32,493 nt of DNA from an uncultured virus (IMG/VR IMGVR_UViG_3300034378_000060) (taxonomy: Duplodnaviria; Heunggongvirae; Uroviricota; Caudoviricetes). This document shows, piece after piece, positions 27,004 to 32,493 of the stretch; position 1 is the first letter of the stretch, and each line of letters opens with the position of its first letter. A program made the translations under genes and the position numbers. The stretch lies in IMG/VR virus record IMGVR_UViG_3300034378_000060. One strand, written 5' to 3'. The notes under the pieces were generated by a model that was given only the letters and a program-made list of their open reading frames with translations, was not told the DNA's origin and made no database searches.

Positions 27004-28021
27004 TAGTTTCTTCCTCTAGTAACTTGTCAACTTTCTCTTCTGTCTTATCCTTGTCTTTGTCGCCTTTCTTATCCTTCGTCTTCTTTTTCTTTTTCTTTAG
27101 TTGCTCTTGTTTCTGTTTTTCCTCAAATTTGCGAGCCTTTTCGAGTAATGCGTTTCGTGCTTTAGCATCATCTGGAAGGTCGTCTATTCCCCGTTCAGTT
27201 ATCACAAATGGACATTCCCTCAACGGTTGCCAACTTGAATCCATCATACGAGCGATACGAATGTTCTGTCCTTTGACTCGTCTAAGGAAAACTACGAAGT
27301 CGGGCTGGTGGAGTAGCGATGAACCGCCGACAGCCTTGATTTTTGTCCAGTCAGCTAAGAATGTAGGCGTATTTACGTCTTCATAGATTTGGGTTGTAAT
27401 AATTAGACCAGCGTTAAAGTCTTTTACCATATTGGTAATTTTCAATGCGAATTCACGAATTAACGGCTGTTTCACATAGAGTGATTGCCGACCTTGGAAT
27501 TCAATTCCTCTAAATTCTTTGGTAAGCGAATCCACGATTACTAAGCCGATTTTACCAGTTGGAGTATCTGGTGGGGCTGGAAGACTATACAAGCATCGTA
27601 GTTGTTGAACCCAATTTTTAGGTTGTTTCAACACAATTTTCTCGAAGACCTTCTTGTAATCTTTGCCTCTTGCGTCACAAATCTGTTTGATTCGTTGGGC
27701 ACGGAAAGAATTTTCAGCGTCAATAACAATTACCGTATCTGGACACTCGACACACATGGTATAACAAGTCTGTGATTTGCCAGAACCGTATTCTCCATAT
27801 AGAAGAAGGCTGGATTTAGGTGGTAAGCCACCGCCAATTACATCGTCAATCAATGTGCCAGTTTGGATTTTCTCTTCTGTTTCTTCCTCTTCTAGTTTCT
27901 TGAAAAGGTCAACTGATTCGAGAACTTGTTTGTTCTTAAGAGCGGTTAGTTCGTCTTTCAACTCGTCAATCTTACGGTCACGTAATGCTTCAATGATTTG
28001 GGTCAAATTATCTTCTGGCAT
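26972..28021 (-). CDS. radA: RadA/Rad51-family recombinase-like ATPase
   Basis: IQTGTLIDDVIGGG, Walker A GEYGSGKSQ, IDAENSFRAQRI, Walker B VIVDS, AVGG, RIARMMDS, FVITERGI. Lacks the N-terminal HhH domain of cellular RadA. Start at ATG 28021. Confidence 0.88.
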   Translation of the reverse strand: MPEDNLTQIIEALRDRKIDELKDELTALKNKQVLESVDLFKKLEEEETEEKIQTGTLIDDVIGGGLPPKSSLLLYGEYGSGKSQTCYTMCVECPDTVIVIDAENSFRAQRIKQICDARGKDYKKVFEKIVLKQPKNWVQQLRCLYSLPAPPDTPTGKIGLVIVDSLTKEFRGIEFQGRQSLYVKQPLIREFALKITNMVKDFNAGLIITTQIYEDVNTPTFLADWTKIKAVGGSSLLHQPDFVVFLRRVKGQNIRIARMMDSSWQPLRECPFVITERGIDDLPDDAKARNALLEKARKFEEKQKQEQLKKKKKKTKDKKGDKDKDKTEEKVDKLLEEETNEQVSPESAH

Positions 28022-28022
28022 T

Positions 28023-28274
28023 TTAGATTCCCAACTCGGTAAGATAACGTTCAATTATCTCTTTCATTGTTTCCCAATTCTTTGAACTGTTAATTGATGC
28101 CTTATGCTTTCGTTTCCATTTTCCGTCTTTCTTTTGCCAAAGGTAATACAGAATCTTGTTGTGACCAGCAACGTTAGCCTTGACTACTGCACACCACCAT
28201 TTTTCAGTCTTGTAAACGTTGTCGTATTCGATAACGTGAATGAAAGCGTTGACTGGTAATGGTTCTTGACTCAT
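28023..28274 (-). CDS. Small protein, possibly PC4-like ssDNA-binding fold
   Basis: Aromatic/basic beta pattern YKTEKWWCAVV...YYLWQKKDGKWKRKHK followed by a helix; immediately upstream of radA. Function inferred. Confidence 0.55.
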   Translation of the reverse strand: MSQEPLPVNAFIHVIEYDNVYKTEKWWCAVVKANVAGHNKILYYLWQKKDGKWKRKHKASINSSKNWETMKEIIERYLTELGI

Positions 28275-28705
28275 GATACATACACATCCTTGTTTCTGTC
28301 ACTTACTTTGGTTTGAGCTTTGGTTGCTTGTGGTTTTGGTATTAGCATCATTACTGGCTGGTGTTGTCTTCGATGAATCTCATTCATGCATTCATGAAGA
28401 ACGCCGTATCTGTGAAGGTTGTCGAGAAATGTATTTTGAATCAGAACGCTTGTGAGGCATTTGAGAACAACTGCTCTCTTAGCAATGTTGTTCTTGAAGT
28501 CTGAAGTCGTATTAAGTTGCTTTGCGATATATCCAGCGAGAGTTGCCATTTCATCAATAGTCTTCTGGCACTTCTTTGACATTGGATGTTCTTTGTCCCA
28601 AATTTCCATATTCTTCGGAAGTTTCATGTCTGGAAACAGGTCAGTTACATCAATAGTGAGGATTTTACGTTTCTTCGGTTTGTTTGCTTTCTCTTTCTTA
28701 GGCAT
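28271..28705 (-). CDS. Hypothetical protein, first gene of the recombination/replication operon
   Basis: Open frame with promoter upstream and ATGA coupling to the next gene; no family recognised. Confidence 0.7.
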   Translation of the reverse strand: MPKKEKANKPKKRKILTIDVTDLFPDMKLPKNMEIWDKEHPMSKKCQKTIDEMATLAGYIAKQLNTTSDFKNNIAKRAVVLKCLTSVLIQNTFLDNLHRYGVLHECMNEIHRRQHQPVMMLIPKPQATKAQTKVSDRNKDVYVS

Positions 28706-28742
28706 TCTAATCAAACCTTTAAAAGAAGAATAGACATGCTCA

Positions 28743-28758
28743 CTTATAAACCTTACGG
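28743..28758 (-). promoter_or_regulatory. BRE+TATA promoter of recombination/replication operon
   Basis: Minus strand CCGTAAGG-TTTATAAG ~37 nt upstream of ATG 28705. Confidence 0.7.
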
Positions 28759-29109
28759 CTATTTTTTATGATGAACAGGACAAAATTGGTCTTTTCCTTT
28801 AGCCATATTACAATTAGCACAAAGAATTTGATAGTCTTCTGGAAAATTATTCTTAATAAGCCATCTATAAAATTGATTTCCTCTAAGTCCTGTAGTTTCT
28901 CTTTCTTTCGTTCCACCACCATTAACGTGGTCAATTGTAAGAAATTCTATATGATTTTCTCCACAACATATACATTTACCACCATAATGAGAAATAACCT
29001 GTAATTTGAGTTTCTTTCGATAACGGTCTCTATATTCTCTCCATTTCTCAGGATGTTTTTGTGCATATTCCCGATAGTAATTTCTCCGATATTCTTTATA
29101 GTCAAACAT
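28759..29109 (-). CDS. Free-standing HNH endonuclease
   Basis: YGGKCICCGE...LTIDHVNGGG...YQILCANCNMAK; AT-rich. Confidence 0.88.
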   Translation of the reverse strand: MFDYKEYRRNYYREYAQKHPEKWREYRDRYRKKLKLQVISHYGGKCICCGENHIEFLTIDHVNGGGTKERETTGLRGNQFYRWLIKNNFPEDYQILCANCNMAKGKDQFCPVHHKK

Positions 29110-29133
29110 AATATAAACTATAATTAGTGTTTA

Positions 29134-29149
29134 TATTTAAATCTTTTGT
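29134..29149 (-). promoter_or_regulatory. BRE+TATA promoter of HNH gene (probably leaderless mRNA)
   Basis: Minus strand ACAAAAGA-TTTAAATA only ~24 nt upstream of ATG 29109; no SD. Confidence 0.65.
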
Positions 29150-29160
29150 ATAACTTTAAC

Positions 29161-29199
29161 AAAAAATCAAATAAAAAATATAAAAAAAGGAAAAAGGGA
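29161..29199 (-). terminator. Oligo-T terminator after the major capsid gene
   Basis: Several T5-T7 runs on the minus strand downstream of stop 29242. Confidence 0.65.
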
Positions 29200-29241
29200 T
29201 ATTCTAGCTACTCCGAATCCTCAGAAAAAAGTAGAGGACTA

Positions 29242-30126
29242 CTAAGGAGTAGTTGTGATGTTTATTCTACATACCCCGTGGGCTTGAACAACACCAGATT
29301 TTGCTCTGATGGTCGTTATGTAGTAGGTAATCTCTTTGTTCTCGTATCTCTCGGTGTTAACACGAATTCGTCTCTTCCATGCAAGAATCACAGAAGGTCC
29401 AAATTTGTAGTTTGGCGGATATACGATATAGGCATTACCTGTATTAGCTAACAGAGAAGTCTTCAATACTCTGCACTCAGAATACATGCCAGCCTCACCC
29501 AGAAGCCGAGATGGGTCTGATGCGTAGAATCTTGGAGTCTCTGTAAACTTAGTGTCCTGTGCCATCGTAGCTGCAGCCATCGGATTCACTATCAAGAAGG
29601 GTGGAGTATTTGGGTCAACCATCCAGCCATTCTCTTCCATGTTTGCAAGAGCGGTTGAGACAGTTGTATAATCCATTGCTGTGTCTTCGGTGTAAAGCAC
29701 ACCATAGCCAGCAGCCAATACGTCCTTGATGTTGGAGTCCAATTTCTCCATTACCGCAGAACCCATGTTTCTCAGATGAAGCCTCACTAAGTCGAGACTT
29801 ACAAAGTCTTCTAACAGATAGTCTGTTAGTTCGACAGCCGAGTAGATGATGTTCGTTGGGGAGATGCTTACGCTTGAGATGGTTTTGTCACTTGCGGAAA
29901 TGCCAGAAGCCACGTTGGTTTCTGTGTCTTCGCCAGCGGTCAACTGTGTTGCCTTTGGAACGTGCAGAGTGCTACCATCTTTTCCGATTAGAGAAAAGTC
30001 TTCCTTGACTACTTCAAGGAATGCAAGTGGTCGCCTTGCCCCTTCCAAGACTTCAGAGTAAACCAGAATGGGAGTCCAATCGGTTATGTCAGCAGCCTTA
30101 AGGGTTTCTTCAACATTTATTTTCAT
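29242..30126 (-). CDS. Major capsid protein (HK97 fold)
   Basis: WTPILVYSEVL, GKDGSTLHVPK (E-loop start), AVELTDYLLED, spine helix LRNMGSAVMEKLDSNI, LIVNP, GEAGMYSECRVLKT. Start at ATG 30126; the GTG at 30135 is part of the AGGTGA SD. Confidence 0.87.
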   Translation of the reverse strand: MKINVEETLKAADITDWTPILVYSEVLEGARRPLAFLEVVKEDFSLIGKDGSTLHVPKATQLTAGEDTETNVASGISASDKTISSVSISPTNIIYSAVELTDYLLEDFVSLDLVRLHLRNMGSAVMEKLDSNIKDVLAAGYGVLYTEDTAMDYTTVSTALANMEENGWMVDPNTPPFLIVNPMAAATMAQDTKFTETPRFYASDPSRLLGEAGMYSECRVLKTSLLANTGNAYIVYPPNYKFGPSVILAWKRRIRVNTERYENKEITYYITTIRAKSGVVQAHGVCRINITTTP

Positions 30127-30171
30127 ATTGCTCACCTTTAGTTAAGCAATTGATTAAATAGTGAAAACGAA

Positions 30172-30187
30172 TATATAAACTTTATCT
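30172..30187 (-). promoter_or_regulatory. BRE+TATA promoter of the major capsid gene
   Basis: Minus strand AGATAAAG-TTTATATA ~45 nt upstream of ATG 30126. Confidence 0.75.
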
Positions 30188-30210
30188 AACAGAATCAGTA
30201 AATCTGAACT

Positions 30211-30236
30211 AAAAAACAGAAAAAAAAGGAGAAAGA
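30211..30236 (-). terminator. Oligo-T terminator after the scaffold/Zn-ribbon unit
   Basis: Minus strand TCTTTTCTCCTTTTTTTTCTGTTTTT downstream of stop 30263. Confidence 0.6.
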
Positions 30237-30262
30237 TTTAAATAGGGGAAAGTTAGGTTGTC

Positions 30263-30796
30263 CTAACTGATTTTGCGTCTTCGCCTAGTTCTTGGACGTG
30301 TTACTGGCAAACCGTATGGACGATGTGTGCCAATTCGTGCAACTATCTTGTTTGCTTCGTTTGGCGTTACATATTCCTCATTGAGCAATATAGCACGGTC
30401 TTCGTTCTTATCAGGGTCAACGGGCATCTCTGGTCCGAAGGTGACGTTACACCACCAACATCTCAGGTAAACACCGCTTGGCTGAATGTTGAATTGCACT
30501 TCGACTGATTTGTTGCACATGGGACATACAAAGTCTTCTTGTTTGAAGTTCCAAATCCTGTGAACTGGTCTTGCACTACCAAGACCGCCTCTCATGACTA
30601 TATCTTCATATACGATTTCGTCATAGAATGAATCGAGATATGTTTTTACGTCTTTCAAGGCTGGATACTTGTCAGCGTTTTTGCTTACAAAGTGGTAGCA
30701 TTTTCGTTGTTTACGTCCTCTCTTTGTGGCTTGAACGATGTGAACGCTTGCTTTTGTTTCTGCTTTTACTTTGGTTTCTTTAGTTTTCTCGGACAT
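30263..30796 (-). CDS. Zinc-ribbon protein with basic termini
   Basis: CPMC-x15-CWWC; C-terminal RPRTRRRRKIS; start 2 nt after the scaffold stop. Confidence 0.72.
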   Translation of the reverse strand: MSEKTKETKVKAETKASVHIVQATKRGRKQRKCYHFVSKNADKYPALKDVKTYLDSFYDEIVYEDIVMRGGLGSARPVHRIWNFKQEDFVCPMCNKSVEVQFNIQPSGVYLRCWWCNVTFGPEMPVDPDKNEDRAILLNEEYVTPNEANKIVARIGTHRPYGLPVTRPRTRRRRKIS

Positions 30797-30798
30797 TG

Positions 30799-31626
30799 TT
30801 AGACACCCTCTTTATGGAGTTGGCGAATAGTTTTTTGCTTCTCTGGTTTGAAGTCCATCTTGCCTTGACCGTAGTCTTTCTTCACGGTTGTTGCCCACTT
30901 TTTCCATAACTCTTGAAGAATAGCTTGTGCTTCGGCTTGTTTCTCTGGGTCTTTTGGGTCTCTTGCACGTCTTCGAAGGTCTGCAATCATGGCATAATGA
31001 GAATCCCATGAGTCGCCTTCAGTAGTTTGCTCACCAGTTTGTTCTTCACCAGTTAGTGGAGTTTGACCTTGTGCTTCAGAACCTTTCTCTGTGCCAGCAT
31101 CTTTGTTAGCTTGAGCTTTATCCTTGTTTTTCTGAGCTTGTTCTGCTTTGGCTTTCTGTTTTGCTTCAGCCCCTTTGACTAGAGCTTCTTCAAGATGTCC
31201 AATCAGGTATTCATTCAACTTCAGAGCTTCAGCAGATTTCTTGCTGTCCTCTTGGTTGAGTTGGTCTGTTAGTTTCTTGACTTTAGCTTCGTCTTCTTTG
31301 CCATCTGCTGTTATGAAGAGTTTCTTTGCTTTAGCTAGAAGAATTTGCTTTTTCTTCTCAAACTCTTTCTCAGCAATCAACTGCATCTTAGATTCAAGGT
31401 CGCCTTTGTCCTCTTCAAGTGCTTTCTTCTCATCAGCGAGAGTTTTCAACTCGTCAGCTTTGGCTTGAAGGTCATCTTCGGCTTTCTTGCGTTCGTCTTC
31501 AGCTTTCTTCAGTTGGTCTTGAAGGTCTTTGATTTCCTGAGAGCGGTCAACTTTGATGGTTATATCAGTTGCTTTGCCTTCCCCGTCTTTCGGAGTTTGG
31601 TTTTGAGTTTCGTCTTTTTCGCTCAT
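30799..31626 (-). CDS. Putative capsid scaffolding protein
   Basis: Long K/E/Q coiled coil, low-complexity linker, small helical C-terminal domain; lies between protease and capsid genes. Start at ATG 31626 (MSEKDETQ). Confidence 0.7.
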   Translation of the reverse strand: MSEKDETQNQTPKDGEGKATDITIKVDRSQEIKDLQDQLKKAEDERKKAEDDLQAKADELKTLADEKKALEEDKGDLESKMQLIAEKEFEKKKQILLAKAKKLFITADGKEDEAKVKKLTDQLNQEDSKKSAEALKLNEYLIGHLEEALVKGAEAKQKAKAEQAQKNKDKAQANKDAGTEKGSEAQGQTPLTGEEQTGEQTTEGDSWDSHYAMIADLRRRARDPKDPEKQAEAQAILQELWKKWATTVKKDYGQGKMDFKPEKQKTIRQLHKEGV

Positions 31627-31648
31627 TTTTTTCAACTCTTTCTGCTTA

Positions 31649-31664
31649 CCATAACTTTTATATA
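31649..31664 (+). promoter_or_regulatory. BRE+TATA promoter for the RHH-HNH gene
   Basis: Plus strand CCATAACT-TTTATATA, matching the consensus of the other promoters. Confidence 0.68.
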
Positions 31665-31671
31665 CTTCGAG

Positions 31672-31687
31672 TATATAAGTATTTCGG
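31672..31687 (-). promoter_or_regulatory. BRE+TATA promoter for the scaffold gene
   Basis: Minus strand CCGAAATA-CTTATATA ~45 nt upstream of ATG 31626. Confidence 0.68.
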
Positions 31688-31714
31688 TAGAAATGTCCGA
31701 CAGGCGTGAGACAA

Positions 31715-32146
31715 ATGGGTGAAAAAGTTAGTGTAAGATTCAGCGACCAACAACTCAGAATCATTGACAGGTATGCAACCTTAATAGGCTCAAATCGTTC
31801 AGCCGTAATAAGGCAATTTTGTCGAAGTGGTTCTCAGAATATCGCTAATATGAAACTTCAAAGTGAGTTTATGGAGGAACAACGAGAACGTTGGTTAAAG
31901 TTACCACGAGTAAAATTAATTGACGAGATGCAAAACCTAATTTTCAAACGTGATGGCAATGCATGTCGAAAATGTGGAAAAGGAGACATGTATGGTATTA
32001 ATGTTTATTCGATTGACAAAGACCCATTGAATAAAGACCCAGCATTCAAGATAACATTATGTGACAATTGCATGGCATGGGCTGAAAAATACTCACCAAA
32101 AAGACGAGTGTTAGAAGATTTCGTTGAATGGTTCTGTTTACTCTAA
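31715..32146 (+). CDS. Ribbon-helix-helix DNA-binding protein fused to a degenerate HNH/zinc domain
   Basis: KVSVRFSDQQLRIIDRYA...NRSAVIR (RHH); IFKRDGNACRKCG...ITLCDNC (HNH scaffold with His residues missing). Only credible plus-strand gene. Confidence 0.75.
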   Translation: MGEKVSVRFSDQQLRIIDRYATLIGSNRSAVIRQFCRSGSQNIANMKLQSEFMEEQRERWLKLPRVKLIDEMQNLIFKRDGNACRKCGKGDMYGINVYSIDKDPLNKDPAFKITLCDNCMAWAEKYSPKRRVLEDFVEWFCLL

Positions 32147-32493
32147 GAAACGTCTAGGACTTTTACGCCCGAACCGTCTTTCACAGTTATGTTAATTTTT
32201 GTGACGAAAGCGAATAACATAGTTTCTTGGATAGCCACACTTTCAACTTTGGCTTCTTTCTGTCCACGAACAGTAGTTGGCGGGATTAATTGAACATGAT
32301 TTACAACCATGTCTCTGATGTCTAATACCAGTTTACGAACTTTGCCAAATTTCTTGAAAACCCATCTTGCCCCGTGAGCCATTCCGCCAATACTAACTCC
32401 CCAACCTTTCTTCACTTCTTGAATAAGTGTGGGAAATTTTGCCGTATTAACGATTTCAGCCCAGAACTTGATTTTCCTCTTCACTTTATCGAA
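32143..32493 (-). CDS. Putative prohead (capsid maturation) protease, 5'-truncated by window edge
   Basis: Frame open to the window end; FWAEI...GVSIGG...NHVQLI...GQKEAKV resembles the C-terminal half of HK97/DUF2213-type prohead proteases; upstream of scaffold and capsid. Confidence 0.55.
   Translation of the reverse strand, partial: FDKVKRKIKFWAEIVNTAKFPTLIQEVKKGWGVSIGGMAHGARWVFKKFGKVRKLVLDIRDMVVNHVQLIPPTTVRGQKEAKVESVAIQETMLFAFVTKINITVKDGSGVKVLDVS

Larger units (their letters stand above)
1..32493. mobile_element. Fragment of an archaeal tailed virus (or provirus) genome
   Basis: Contains major capsid, scaffold, portal and putative prohead protease genes alongside archaeal-type MCM, RadA-like, AEP primase and LonB. 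Archaeal promoters, dense overlapping genes and uniform palindrome avoidance. No integrase or host junction seen. Confidence 0.88.

Noticed and set aside
10636..28021. Inteins in LonB, MCM or RadA (common archaeal insertion hosts)
   Set aside because: Conserved motifs are contiguous, lengths are normal, and no intein terminal motifs were seen.
23354..28705. Identical N-terminal MPKKEK in the portal and the hypothetical protein starting at 28705
   Set aside because: Six low-complexity residues of a common N-terminal type; not enough to claim a shared signal.
29218..29238. TCCTC...GAGGA hairpin after the capsid stop
   Set aside because: A 5-bp stem is within chance expectation; the adjacent T-runs already explain termination.
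29146..29451. 101-aa plus-strand Lys-rich ORF
   Set aside because: The Lys run is just the complement of the oligo-T terminator, and the remainder is antisense to the capsid gene.
161..31722. Numerous plus-strand ORFs in the track (e.g. 161-442, 12299-12730, 27024-27386, 31345-31722) and short alternative-frame minus ORFs
   Set aside because: They are antisense or frame shadows of well-supported genes, with no motifs and no promoter or SD context.
1..32493. CRISPR array, tRNA, diversity-generating retroelement
   Set aside because: Intergenic gaps are short and explained by promoters/terminators; no spaced direct repeats, cloverleaf, reverse transcriptase or TR/VR pair was seen.

Overview
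The window reads as a 32.5 kb internal fragment of a tailed (HK97-fold, Caudoviricetes-like) archaeal virus. Archaeal BRE+TATA promoters, GGTGA-type Shine-Dalgarno sites and oligo-T terminators flank tightly packed genes, all on the minus strand except one. In transcription order (right to left) it contains: a partial putative prohead protease; an antisense RHH + degenerate-HNH gene; scaffold; Zn-ribbon protein; major capsid protein; free-standing HNH; a recombination/replication/nucleotide operon (PC4-like protein, RadA-like ATPase, Zn-finger/HNH, nucleoside 2-deoxyribosyltransferase-like, PriS-PriL fusion primase, MazG-like, DUF5664 dNTP diphosphohydrolase); portal; Ig-like protein; two large DUF2341/LamG/Kelch adhesin-like proteins; MCM helicase; membrane-anchored LonB; and a >10 kb glycan locus running off the left edge (3 glycosyltransferase genes, 2 deacetylases, 2 acyltransferases, CapK/PaaK-like ligase, 2 epimerases, sulfotransferase). 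The most notable signals are five. (1) A viral sulfated/acylated glycan pathway headed by LonB, part of which shares an identical promoter with the portal operon. (2) A ~35-aa module shared by two of the glycosyltransferases. (3) Interlocked divergent promoters between the scaffold gene and an RHH-dead-HNH regulator. (4) A PEGA-like domain apparently split across two adjacent structural proteins. (5) Apparent absence of GATC and several other 4-bp palindromes. All calls come from motif recognition by eye; no database searches were run.
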